Positions 26,688 to 39,179 of a DNA stretch of 64,000 bases are shown here, piece after piece. The first letter of the stretch is position 1. The number at the start of each line of letters is the position of its first letter. Position numbers and translations under genes: made by a program. The notes under the pieces are model-generated. The model saw only the letters and a list, made by a program, of their open reading frames with translations. It was not told the DNA's origin and made no database searches. Origin of the DNA: Vairimorpha necatrix (Eukaryota). The stretch lies in assembly GCA_036630325.1 (NCBI GenBank), contig CP142727.1:1240001-1304000 (forward strand). The letters are read 5' to 3'.

Positions 26688-28819
26688 GGGGCTCGAAAAT
26701 CCGTTGGTTATAAATAAAAATTAATTTATTATGGAAATGACGGTTAATTAAAATCATGTAATACGATTTTGATCAACATTAAAGATCGTTCAGAAATAAA
26801 TGATACAACAGAAAATAAAGTATAAGAATTCATAAAAAAACTCAAAACGTTTAAAAATGATGAAAACATGCTCACACTAATATTATTATTGATAAGTAAT
26901 TTATGTTTGTCTAACAAAGTGTTGGATGAGCCGAATGTTACTTTGTTTTTTTAATATAAATTTACCTTGTAATTCGATATTTATTCACAGACGGTAAGAA
27001 GAGCATTTTTGTGCTGTTTAAAACGGATAATGTATATAGGAAATTATTTAAAAGATTTATATATATTTTTCTTACAATATACAACTTTTATAAATATATA
27101 AATTAATGTAAAATAAATTTTAATTTCGATTTTTTTTACTTTTTTTTATTATTTGTATTATGTCTTTACTTTATAGAAATACTTTCATAAAATAAAATAG
27201 TACTTTAACGATGAAAGATGTATCCCATTTAAGATTGGCCGTTTATATAAAAGACATGAATATATCTCGGCAATACAGTTTTGTACAGAATTTCAGTACA
27301 ATTGGTTATAACTAGCGTCAAAAATACTTAGTTTTTTAATATAAGTTTCGTCGTGAAAGTTAAATATGTTGTGGTTTTTTTAAATTTGTTTAATACACAT
27401 AAAAAAATTGTATGAAATTTTGTACGTTGGCATAAATTGTTTTTTAATGATAACAGCAATAATTTAGAGTAAATAATTATACTCTAGTTAGTAATCATTT
27501 AATTTATTATTCTAAGTTTATAAAACTAAAGCGTTAAAGTAGTTTTATGCACAATTATAGTTTAATTAAGATAACTTTTTATAATGTGGTGCGTCAAGGA
27601 TTAGAAACATTTTGGACGAGTGCAATAATTGTCATCAAAGAATACTAAGCTGAAGAATAATCACACCAAAGCTTTAATTTGTTAGCTCAATATTTAGAAA
27701 CTTATTTCTGTTAAAAAAAAACTACGCACGGGACCATACCCCAAAAGAAATATTTAAGCATATATAGCCATTTATATACAGCTTAAAAAGATAAGAGACA
27801 AACAAATGCAAGTGAATTTTTAACTGAACAACAAAATTATATGATTTTGCATTTTTAAGGCTATTATTTCTTAGTTTATAATAGCTTAAACTAATATATA
27901 ATTTACTGTCTTATTATTATCATTATGATTAAAAGTTTTGTAATCTGATGTTTCGGTATATTAATGCTGCTATTTAAACTTTGTTTTCGTCTCACATTTA
28001 GGTTCAGAGTCAACAATTATCTATAACGATCTATTCGTATCTTCTTCAACTATTCACATTTGTAATTGGACTTTCACTTCTAGAATTTACAATACAAAAA
28101 GTACTTTTGCAGATGATTTTGGTTCTTGCTTGTTGGGTTTATACATAAAGGCTGCCGTATTTTTAAGACGCGTCAAAACAATTCCCACAAATCCAAAGAG
28201 AATATTATTGCCTACAACTAATAAAAATCTATCTATTTCAAGATCAAACTTTTTACGTTTATATAATGTATATTTAATATTTTATTTCTAGCTTAAAATA
28301 AATAAAATTTTTTCCTAGATTGCATCAATAACAAAAATTGCTTTCGTTAAAATCAAAACGAATTAACCAGCGTGAAAAAATTTCATAATATTTTTAGTTA
28401 TTCTAAACTCTAATATGCATCATTATCTTTAAACAGCGACAATTTTGGCCTGACGAATATAAATATTTTACTTCGTTTCTTTTCATATAAAAAAATCAAA
28501 CTTTTGGTCACACACAAGTATATTGTTTGTAAGCTTTGTATAGGTCTTAATTACCGTTTGTCGACCTTCATAAATAGAACTAAATTAACTGTCACAGTGT
28601 AAAGATCGCCCGTTCGGAGTGCTTTTATGCAGCAAAAATTAAAAGAACACTGCTGAGTGGCTAAATCGAAATAAAACAAATACAATGGTTTGTATTTATA
28701 ACTGTTTAAAATTTATCGATTTTTGAAGAGTATAGTTTTATTTTTTATAATTTTGGCGCAACATAAAAATACAAAAAAATAAATAACTGCCTTTTCCAAT
28801 TCTTTATTCATTATCAAAA

Positions 28820-29811
28820 ATTCTGAATTATAGTATACTTTTCTTCTGGTGCCTTTGCATAATTTAACTCAATTAGATTGTGATACGTCTGTCACGATGT
28901 AAATTTCTTGATTTAAATGTTACAAAGGAATGTTTCTGATCTATACGTCGTTGTCTATAATAGGTTTTTTAAAAGATCCCATCTTTTATTTTTTACTTTA
29001 AGAAAATATCTCCAGATACCTTTTTATAGCATTCTATCTGAAGCAATTTGTGCATTTGGCCTCGCAATATCATGATAAAGTTTTAAAAAAAGTATGTTTA
29101 TCAAAACAAGTAGGTGATATATTCTACAATTTTTTTGCATATTAAAACACTTTCCCTTCTTTAGCTTATTCTTCGTCCGCCATTCTTGTTCATCGTTTTC
29201 ACTATTAATCAAATCTAGAATGCCAATGTTTCAAGACACGTACATTAAATCTATTATTGGTCTATCAAACATTGGAATAATGATGTTTGTCTCGTAGTCT
29301 AGTGTCTATAATCGTTATATGATCAAGTAACTTCTTTTCGTACCAGGTAAAATGCCCAAAAATATTTTTTTGTTATCGATGAAGATGCACTCATCCATTT
29401 TATTGTTTTTATAGTTTTTTCTGTTCTTGTATTCATAGATATCTAGCTCTACTCCTTACGTGTCTTATTTCATAGTTCTGACATAAATATACGAGTTCTT
29501 GGTAGACAAATTCGATTTCGTTATCAATATGAAGTATATAACAAGATCTAAACGTTCTAAAGGGTGCGTTGTAGGCATCACTTTCATTTTGTGGTATCCC
29601 GGGCTAACTTTCCCGCTGAGTAAATATCATTCTATAATATTTTTAATGTAAATGTTTTTAAAATTATGTTGGTTTGCTGGTTTAGCTTCTTTCATATCTG
29701 ATTCTCTCATTTGTCTCCTTTTTGGAATATTATTTATAATAAATAAAATTCTAGAAAATTCGTTGATTGTTTTGACATTGAGGGAAATAAAGTAAATGTG
29801 GTTTAATTACA
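28820..29811 (-). mobile_element. Degenerate Ty3/gypsy LTR retrotransposon (5' LTR, gag start, RT/RNase H scraps)
   Basis: 100-bp TG...CA LTR-like segment (29712-29811); ATG at 29710 giving ...IKNIIE*YLLSGKVSPGYH, homologous to the 38365-38559 ORF; downstream fragments AFYLVRK, DYRH, IYIVTDVS resemble RT and RNase H motifs. Lower boundary approximate. Confidence 0.5.
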
Positions 29812-30190
29812 TTCTACAACCATTTGTAGCTGGTTTATCACGCATTGTATTTTCCAACAAATTTTTTAAATAAATCTATAATCTTCAATCCCATTTATCC
29901 TCCATTATGTTCAAGATATAGTTCGAGATTGACCAAGACAGCAAAATATCATCCCATAAATCTTTTACTATAATAGATCTGACGCAATCCAGAGGAGCTA
30001 CCTCTGTATAAATAAAGTTCTATTAAACTAATATTTTTATTTGTAATTTTAAAGCCTCGTTGGGCATATTCATTGGGAGTCTGGTCCCTGGCTTTGCAGC
30101 CCTTGCTTGGTCTTATGTTCCAAGGTAATTGATCGTTTCTCTGCTTCATAATCCGGTATGGGTCAGGGCAAAAAAGAAATAAATATTTGA

Positions 30191-30281
30191 TTTTTGGAAT
30201 AGACCGGTCGAATGGTCTATTTTCCAAAAAAAGGAAATTGATAAATAAAAATAATTAATTTGTGGTATTTGTAATACCACA
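30191..30281 (-). mobile_element. LTR-like fragment of the same short-LTR family
   Basis: Begins (minus strand) with the hairpin TGTGGTATT-ACA-AATACCACA and a TATTTTTATTTATC tract like the 38562-38685 LTR; second imperfect hairpin at 30191-30228. Confidence 0.35.
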
Positions 30282-30730
30282 AGATCTAAAAATTGGTCTA
30301 GTTACTTGGGTTCTCCTTGATTGACATATATCACAGCCATTTAATATCCCATGGACAGCTTTTTGTCTGTTTATTAAACTTTTGTTTGCAATAATGAACA
30401 TATGTCACTTAAATCATGCTTAAATTATGATGTGCATCAATTTTAAAGCGTTGCACGTTGGGGGTAAATAATCATAATGATCTTCATAGACCTACCTTAA
30501 ATATTTTTGAGCAATGTAGTTCAATTATTTAATCCTCAATTAAGACAAGTTCTTTAGTTTTACCCTAAAAGCAATTGTTTTCTGACTTTCTACTGGCCTT
30601 GTTGGAAAAAAATAGTCGTAAAAAACAAAGATTTCTTGGTTTTTATCATAATCCAAAATTTTATAAAAGAAAGATTTAAAGTACAGAAAACACCCATGTT
30701 ATTAATTTGTAATATTTTTTACCCTTTTTA

Positions 30731-30816
30731 AGTAAGCATTTCCTTTGAAATCTCTCCGTACGATTTATTTTATTTTTTAAAGTAAGCATTTGCTTTCAAT
30801 CGCTCTGATGGGGGTA
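30731..30816. repeat. Two imperfect 50-bp-spaced direct repeats
   Basis: AGTAAGCATTTxCTTT at 30731 and 30781. Confidence 0.45.
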
Positions 30817-30995
30817 TTAAATAATGAAAATTAATAAAATAGTGTCCTTAAGTACTATTGAAAATTATGTAAAGAAATTATACCAATAAATATAGAAATT
30901 ATATCTTATAATTAGAATATATTTGTTGAGTTTTTGTTTCAAGATCATAGATGTTATTATAAAAAGTCATATAATTAATAGTTTAATTTTTTTCT

Positions 30996-31865
30996 CTAAA
31001 TATTGATTGTACAAATTATTGATGAATCGGGGTTGTCTTGTTCTACTGAAATCTTCCCTATAGAAGCCTGTCTTAATAAATCAAAAAATAATTTGGCTTT
31101 GTCTTCCTTGTCCAAATATTCCACATGCTCATTAAAGACAAATTTATTGGGAAGATTGTCAATATCAAGACATTTCTCGACATCATATTCGCTTATACTT
31201 TCATTATTGAATGATTCAATAATATCTTCGCCGTATTGTTCCCCTATGGAAATTTCATTATATTGCTCTAATAGTGTTTCATCTCTCATTGATTCAACTG
31301 TAAGCTTCAGCCTTTCATTAAAGAATTCGGGAATATTAAAATTATATTTTGTATTTATTTTATGATCTGGCGGTGCTGATATCCTGGCCCCACATATATT
31401 ATCCCTATAATATTTACTATCGTACTCAATAATCTCATCTTCTAATTTTTTCCTCTTTATAGGAATATTAAAACTTTTTAAAAGTGTGCTGTCTAGACTT
31501 TGTAAATGTGTGCTGTCTCTTATCTCTTCGTCGTCTCTCATTGGTTCAATGGAGTAGTCACTGGTAATATCTGGCACTATTATATCTGAAATATAAACAT
31601 CTTCTTGTTCGACCACCCTTTTCTCTCTATTTACCTTTATTTTCTTGTAATATCCCAAAAGTGTTAGTATCTCATTAGATTCATCTAGTAAATATTTTAT
31701 CTTTTTGCAATATATCTTTACTACACATATTAGAATAGTTGTACTATTATTTAATGATGTTTCAATTAGCATTTTATTTATATCTGTCTGTTTTAAGTCT
31801 TGCTTTTTTATAGTGTTTTCTGATGTTTTTTTGCAGATTTTTAATATCAGCGGGATTGTATACAT
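30996..31865 (-). CDS. Rad21/Rec8-family cohesin kleisin subunit
   Basis: N-terminal kleisin motif (IKKQDLKQTDI...ILICVVKIYCKKIKYLLDE) and C-terminal winged-helix motif (KAKLFFDLL...ISVEQDNPDSSI); ExxR separase-like sites between them. Scc1 versus Rec8 not decidable by eye. Confidence 0.82.
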   Translation of the reverse strand: MYTIPLILKICKKTSENTIKKQDLKQTDINKMLIETSLNNSTTILICVVKIYCKKIKYLLDESNEILTLLGYYKKIKVNREKRVVEQEDVYISDIIVPDITSDYSIEPMRDDEEIRDSTHLQSLDSTLLKSFNIPIKRKKLEDEIIEYDSKYYRDNICGARISAPPDHKINTKYNFNIPEFFNERLKLTVESMRDETLLEQYNEISIGEQYGEDIIESFNNESISEYDVEKCLDIDNLPNKFVFNEHVEYLDKEDKAKLFFDLLRQASIGKISVEQDNPDSSIICTINI

Positions 31866-32149
31866 TAAAAAAGGAGGGAGAAAAAAATAATATTAAGGAG
31901 AAAATGATAGAAAATTGGAAACGAATAACCCAGCACATTAAAATGGTTAATGTTTACCATTTTTAAACAATAAGACAAGTATATACACAAAAAAGTGACG
32001 TGACTAAAGCACAAAAAAAAATGAGCATATACATACAAATAATAAGGATTCCACTTGTTATGGAAGTTTTTATGTATTCTTTAAATTATTATTTTTTACC
32101 GTTATTTTAGTATTAAATTTAATTTGTCCGTTTTTTTTAACCCTCAAAT

Positions 32150-32773
32150 ATGTCAAGTTATTCTTCATCAGATAATAGCGAAGAATACATTTCATCGGAA
32201 TCAGAAACATTTGAATGTTCATTAATCTCTGAAATTCCTATGGATGATTTTTGTTTTCTACTTACAAGATGTAAATTCTTTAGTGATCCAGATAAACTTG
32301 TTTTTGTTGATAAAGTATTTGTAGTCTCTAATGATATCGTTTTATACTACATATTATTCCTAGACTATAATAAAATAATATCATTAGTAGATAAAAAAGT
32401 AAAAAAACATATTAACGCTCTAACTAATAAAAAAGATATCATCTTAGTATATATTGATAAGTTGTGTAATATCAATATACAAGAAATAGTAAAAGCGTAC
32501 AAACATTTAAATATAACTGATACGACATATATAGTTATAAGCAAATGCTATAACCCGGCGCATGAAGAAAAAGAAGAATTTAAAGAATTATTTCCAGATT
32601 ATAAGGAATCACTAGAAGTAATACCAGTTAGAATAGAAGAAATATTTTTGAGTGAATTTTCAAAGAAAAAAAATTTTACACTTGGAGGATTTCCATTTCA
32701 GCTGTGTTTAATTGAAGGTAAAGATATGAAGAAATATATAGAGATATTAGAAAAAGAAGTAGAACAAAAATAA
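32150..32773 (+). CDS. Probable BCP1/BCCIP-like protein (divergent)
   Basis: Acidic/Ser N-terminus; ILVYIDKLCNINIQEIVKAYKHL, YIVISK and EEIFL resemble BCP1 motifs (LLxxERxxNxP..Y..L, YxLxISK, EDE.F); CCC before the ATG. The CDS is well supported, the product less so. Confidence 0.6.
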   Translation: MSSYSSSDNSEEYISSESETFECSLISEIPMDDFCFLLTRCKFFSDPDKLVFVDKVFVVSNDIVLYYILFLDYNKIISLVDKKVKKHINALTNKKDIILVYIDKLCNINIQEIVKAYKHLNITDTTYIVISKCYNPAHEEKEEFKELFPDYKESLEVIPVRIEEIFLSEFSKKKNFTLGGFPFQLCLIEGKDMKKYIEILEKEVEQK

Positions 32774-34087
32774 ATAAATTGAAAAAACAATACTAAATTT
32801 TTTGCATATTTTTGTAATTTGAAATCATCGGGGAATCATTATAAATATATATTATATAAGTGATCAAGCAACAAATAATGATGATTGGTCATGGCGTTTA
32901 AATAAACAACGCGAGAAAATTTTTCATGGGCAATCATCTATTCACATGATCCAAATCAAAATATATTGTTAAGATAAATGTGTGTATATATTTATAATAT
33001 AAATTAAAAGACATAATGTTGCGAGGTCTGCTATCAATTTAAAATTATTGAAAATTTTAATCTACTTAATTTACGTAATCGAAAATGAAGAAATCTTAGC
33101 ACATTTGTAAAAAATTTTGTATATTTGTTGGGTTTTGTTTTTGATGAAAGTAAATAAAATACAATCAAATTTAAGTGAACACTCTTTTTATATTAGTTAT
33201 GTGTTACTTATATAAGAAACCAAGTTATCCTGTATTTTATAATTTTAATTTTACATCACATATTTCGATGTATATTTAAAATAACTCTGAGTGGTGGACT
33301 AAAATATAAATTTTACAAATTAGAAACGAATATAATAATATTATTTTCAATTCTGTGATCATATTACCTATAGAACTTTGATAAACATCCTTTTAATGCA
33401 ACGGCACCCGTTCACACAATACGCAAACATACTAAATACCTAGTTTTTATGATAAATTTTTATTATGATAAAGATTTTGAGATTCTTGAACCATCAATGT
33501 GTTATTAGTAAAGATTATTAAAAATTTGATCTTAATATCTTGATAAATGTTTTATAAATTGAAACATATAAAATTTTTTAGCTATATAATTTGTCATAAA
33601 AGATTTTAAAAAAATGCTTTTAATAAGACTAAAGGTATTGCTTAATCTTAATATAAATATAAGCAAACATTTACTTTTATATTATCTATTCTAGTACAAT
33701 GCAATACCTTGGTAGAAACTCAAACATTGATTTTTTGGTATATATTAGCTTAATATTATTTATTAAAAAACGGTTTTATTTCTAAATTAAAATACTATAA
33801 TCATTTTTCACGATTTAGATTACACAATATAAAATCGAAACACTGCCATACTTGTTTTTATACTAATCGCCTCATGAAAAAAAGTATGTATTTTATTTTA
33901 TAATGAATTGAAATGCATCAAATATTTTAAAACCTCCCCATTTTTGTATAAATACCTAATTACTCATACTATATTTATAATACTGCGTAAAAAATATATT
34001 TTGCTTTCAATTCATAATTTAACTTTTTAAAATTGAACTTTATAGTTACTAAATTGAAATATAAGTGAGGTGTATGATGTATAAATT

Positions 34088-34981
34088 TTAATGTTTAAAT
34101 TGTATATCTGAATCTTTCATACATTCTTGAATCAAATCAAGGTTTTTACGTATACGTGTTAAATATTTATCAATGTTTTGATAAAACTTATTTATATTTT
34201 TAACTAAATATCTTAATTCTACTATAATTTCATTCATTTTAGCCACACTAATATCAATTTCTACTCGTAAACATTGTTCTGTATGATATAAAATTTTTGG
34301 AAGGGAAATATTATTAACCAACATATGCATGCAGTGTTCATATGTTTGATATCGATTAATAATATAACTATAATGTAATTTAACGTGCGTTTTATGAGTA
34401 TTATTGGTTATGAAATCAAAAAGTATTCCAATAAAATCGAAAACAAATTCATAAAATTCAACCTTATTCTTCGTCAAGTTAGACGTATTAATGATTTTTT
34501 TTATCGAAAAAATGTACTTTTTTCCAAGTCTTTTTAGTCTTTGGCTTCTATCATAAATATATTTTTTATTTATATTTATCTCATATAAAACATCTTCGCT
34601 TATATTTAACTTGGCAGAAGAACTTTTTGAAATTTTTAATAAATTTTTTTTTATTTCTAAGATTTTTTCAAAATTATCTAAAGACTTACATAGTTCTTGA
34701 AATAATAAATAATGATCATCATTGTTTTTAATTAAATGTACATCTACAACGTTATAAAGATTATTGAGCTCGTCCTGGCTTAACATGATTAAACTTTGTT
34801 TAAAATATTCAAATTCCCTCATATTTACGTCTGTTCTTGATAATATAGAATGGTCTATTTGGATCTGACGACTTCTATAATTATTGACACAACCAGCGTG
34901 AAAGCTACAAAAAGAGTCTGAACAAAAAATCATCGAAATTATAACAATCATCACGTAATAAATTTTTATAACTTCATACAT
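34088..34981 (-). CDS. Hypothetical secreted protein, distant member of the local family
   Basis: ATG at 34981 directly after CCCC (track start at 35020 is a TTG); hydrophobic N-terminus. C-terminus DFIGILFDFI...ISLPKIL...IIVELRYL..NINKFY...LTRIRK parallels the 17014 ORF. Confidence 0.8.
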   Translation of the reverse strand: MYEVIKIYYVMIVIISMIFCSDSFCSFHAGCVNNYRSRQIQIDHSILSRTDVNMREFEYFKQSLIMLSQDELNNLYNVVDVHLIKNNDDHYLLFQELCKSLDNFEKILEIKKNLLKISKSSSAKLNISEDVLYEININKKYIYDRSQRLKRLGKKYIFSIKKIINTSNLTKNKVEFYEFVFDFIGILFDFITNNTHKTHVKLHYSYIINRYQTYEHCMHMLVNNISLPKILYHTEQCLRVEIDISVAKMNEIIVELRYLVKNINKFYQNIDKYLTRIRKNLDLIQECMKDSDIQFKH

Positions 34982-37900
34982 GGGGTTGTTTTGGATGCAA
35001 ATACAAGTTATATTACTCAATGTTTGTGTTGCGTCAACAAAATTTTAATTTATATAACTTTAAAATTTTATCTCCTGTATTTTCAATTCTTTTTATGTTG
35101 CTTACATGAAATCATCTTCGTTATGCAATTATAATAGAAAATAAAGAAATAATTAATGCTCAAAGTTATTTTAGTTTTGTAATATGTAATTGCTACGCCT
35201 TGCTTTGTGTGTATCACGATCCAAAATTACCAAAAAATTTGGAATTTTGTAAGTATTATTTTCAGTGAATCTAACTTATTAATAAATTGTTTTGTTTGGA
35301 TGACGTCCAAATTATTCAACTTTTGAAAAACAGTCTACGAAAATATTTACTTATGGATTTAATAAACTTAAATACTTTTTGTCTAGCAATGTTCGCGAAA
35401 TCTAAATAATAAATAAAAAATAGTATATATCATTTACTAAATTATTAAAATCCGAATTCACGGCTATACATATACTATAATATTTCAAATATAATGACTT
35501 ATACTAAAGTAATTATTAATAATTGATATGATATGAAAAATATAAGCCAGGTTATAAAATCATTTTGAAATGAAGTTGCATTGAAAAAAATTGGGTTCAA
35601 AATTTTATATTTCATTTTGTAATTAATCATGCACCGACTGAGCAAGATAAATTGCCTGTAGATGGACTGAAAGTATTAGCTATATATAGCAACTAGTGTT
35701 AAAAGAACCATATAGACAATATGATTGCTCAATCATAATATGGGTACAAATTACATTGAAATGCATTTTAGTAGAGGTTTACGATAAGGATAATAAAGAC
35801 ATCAATTACTCATCTAAAAGGATTTATTCAAAATACATAAAAAATACACCAAAATATAATATGTGCCAAATGATATGATTTAAGTAATAATTTAAAGCAC
35901 AAAGACAATTTCTAATATAAAATAACGTCATATATAAATGTTGCTATTTTGGGAACGATAAAAAACTTAATGAAACAATAAATAAATTAGACTGGGTTAA
36001 AATATCAACTATATGCTAAGGTAATAAACTGGTAGTTTTTTATAAACCAAATCATGTTAAATGTAATTTTTAGATATAAATAAGCAGTAAACATATAAAT
36101 GCCATTTTTTAACAAGAAAAAAAAATTTATGGTATAATTGTCGGATGTTTGTTTCAAAACACCGGATCATTTGAAAAAAGATTTATCAGGAAAAATATTA
36201 ACAATGAGCATTTATGAACTCAATATGCGAATATATATAAATCACAATTCTCATATAATATATAATATTGGACACGCTGATATGAAAACATATGCAATAT
36301 ATAACCTATTGCATAATAGTTATTTTTCCAAATTACTTTTTATTCCATGGTGATTTGAACACTGGTTGTTTGATTCCTCATTATACTTTATATGATTATT
36401 TCTACAATAGTTTTTAAAGCTTAAGATACATTTTCTATGTATTTTATGAAGTTAAATCTTCAATTATTCCTCTTTCGTTGTTTTGACCTAAGATATATAG
36501 ACATAAGTTATGATGATAAAATTCTGATATTTCGAGATATATATAGTATGGAATTATAAAAGTGTAGCCAATTCTAAAAAGCTCTTTAATAAATTCATCA
36601 TAGTCGTTAGAGTAAATGATATTTGTGGAAAAAATCAAGAATATCAAGATTTCTATCCAAAATTTTGATTTAAATTTTTACAAAAAATATTCAGCTATGA
36701 ATATTTTCTTTTTATATATAAATTAATTAAGAGAGATGGCAACCTCATTCTTTAGATACTCCCACAGGGCACTAATTCGTCAGCTCCTAATGATAAATTA
36801 TATTTTAATAATCAGACAATTCTATTTGTCTTAGGAAACAGCACAATAATATTTTTAGTTATAACAAAAATCTTGCATTAGTGTTATATGTTTAAGTTTT
36901 TAAATAAGGGGTTCTTTATTTCCTTAGGTATGTTGAAATATATTGCATACCATTCACAAATCACTTATGCTACATTTACAATTTTTTTTTGCACATTCAT
37001 TGTCATATATCTTTATAAGCATTTTTGCGATTAATGACTAATCTATATATATTTGTTATTAAAATAAAAAAATCTCTTATTCATTACACACAATTAAAAA
37101 TTCATAACTTGATAAAATACAATGAATTAGCGACTTTACCTTTCGTATTATTTTACTACCATATTATGAGAATGTTTTTTCACTGCATAAAACAAAGATA
37201 TGGTAAAAATCAATTCACCTATTATTTAAATATGATTTAAGCGTAGAATCATATTTTTGAACAAACGAATAGATCATAGTTTGATTTACTCCGTGCATTA
37301 GAAAGTAAATTTTTTTCATATGTTCTATGCGATCTTAATTTGTATCATATTTAGTGAGTTATAATTACTTTAGTCCTACGTCGATAGATAATGAGATTTC
37401 TTTCATACTCAAAATTTAACATAATATTGTTTTTTTTCAAGAAATTAAAACCTTCATATGGTTTATAAGTGGCTTCAAAGAATTTTATCATATGAACCGA
37501 CCGAAGAACCAAACAAGCCACACTGGATGGGATTCCCTTAATTTTTGTTTTAGTATCTTTATTTCTATCGGCCGTTTGCAATAATATAGGTAAATTTCCG
37601 TGCATTCATGCTTTTTTTATGAAATATGTATACTAAGCATCATGATATTTTCTCAATTTAATACGAATGTAAGCCTATGTTGGAATCATTGATAACTTTC
37701 TATATGATATAGGATTTTTGCTATGATTTTTTGCTACTAACTTTTCATGCATATTTCAGAAAAAAAATTATCTTTATATTCTATAGCAAAAAAGGAATTG
37801 ACGACAAAAGAATGTGTTAAAAAAATATGCTTTTTACGCATCAAAATAAAGATAAAGTGATTGTAATCTAATTATCGACAATTTTTTCTTATAAAACATT

Positions 37901-38364
37901 TATCAAAAAGCTCTTAATAATCTTGAATTTTTTTAGTTTCTCAATGTGAAAATGGAATTTTTGTTTATGTTTGTACTATTAAAAGCTATTTATTAATATT
38001 GGGTGTTGTTTGCAGTAAATTGTTATCCCGTATTTTAAAAAAACGCGTTGTGGACATTCTGAATACGATAATATTAGAATATTAAAGGACATAGCCATTT
38101 GATTTCAAAATAATCTTAATTGCCAAAAATAAAACATAAATAGCCGGAAAATAGATTTTCATGAGTAACAAAAAGAGAATTCTGCATTTAATCATAAAAC
38201 ATATATAATTGATTAATCAATAATTACGAAGCTCATGGCGGATCTTTTAAAAACCTGAAATGAATGATTTAATTTAAAAAGATAAAAATAATAATAAATA
38301 GAATGATAAATTTTTCTAATGTGTACTTATGCTATATACACAAACTCCTCTGAAAAATATAAAT

Positions 38365-38685
38365 TTAGATTTTAGTTGAAGGATTTAGAATGATTTTCTT
38401 ATTGTGGTACCCTCTAGTGAGGGAGCCAAAACGAAAATATTGCTCCAACAGGGAGCGGATACAAGTTTGTTTTTTAAATGATTTATTAGGGGTGGAACTC
38501 ATCTTTGTGGTTCCTATGTTGGCTTTGTTGTAATTAATATTAATCTTGTTTATTATCATTTTGTCGCACCCTTCTTTGAATATTTTTTATTTATAAAAAA
38601 TAATTTCTAGAAAATTCATTTTTGTTAAATATTGAGATAAATAAAAAATAGAAGAAATGTAAAAATTATGTGGTAGGATACCACA
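38365..38685 (-). mobile_element. LTR retrotransposon 5' remnant: 124-bp LTR plus gag-like start
   Basis: 38562-38685 reads TGTGGTATCCTACCACA...GGGTGCGACA on the minus strand and is similar to 29712-29811; ATG at 38559 gives IRSLLEQYFRFGSLTRGYH. Confidence 0.55.
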
Positions 38686-39109
38686 CTTATGTATCTATAT
38701 AAAGACTAAATCAACAAAATCCCTACGTTAAATTACACTGACTTTTTTCGGGCGATAGATTAATTAAAAATTCTCAATAAAAAACGTCTAATATAAAACA
38801 AAAGAAGATTAATGTAATTATATATATGCTGTATCTATTCTTTCATTTACTTGTAGAATGGTTTTTATTGTTAAACTATATTACATAGATTTTCATGCAT
38901 TTAATCCTAATTGTCTCGTTTGTCCATGATTAATCGTAAATAAGCAGAATTTCTCATAAAAAGTTTAGGCCATGAGCTTTTAGGACAAATTTATATTGTA
39001 GGAAGTGTCACACGTGTCAAATACGCCGTGTACTAGTTTTGATATATTAGACTTGTCATTTCTTTGAATATTTTATAATAAATAAACCAATGTTTTCATC
39101 TAAAATAAG

Positions 39110-39179
39110 GTGCCCTTAGCCCAGTGGTAGAAAGCGATGCTTCCATTGAAAAATGGCTGAGTTCGATTCCCGGGGCACA
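39110..39179 (+). pseudogene. tRNA-Gly(TCC)-derived head (not a functional tRNA)
   Basis: A box TAGCCCAGTGG at tRNA position 8 (39117-39127), CTTCCAT anticodon-like loop, B box GTTCGATTC (39161-39169), GTGCC/GGCAC acceptor remnant; anticodon and T stems are broken. Confidence 0.7.

Noticed and set aside
28840-28880. LCKGTR resembling Helitron helicase LCNGTR
   Set aside because: Isolated match; neighbouring sequence fits retroelement RNase H debris better.
30060-30110. KA.GPD..PNE-like non-LTR reverse transcriptase motif
   Set aside because: Needs two frameshifts within 25 nt and has no further RT motifs.
39110-39179. Functional tRNA-Gly gene
   Set aside because: Anticodon stem does not pair, T stem and acceptor stem are defective, and no T-run terminator follows; treated as a SINE head.
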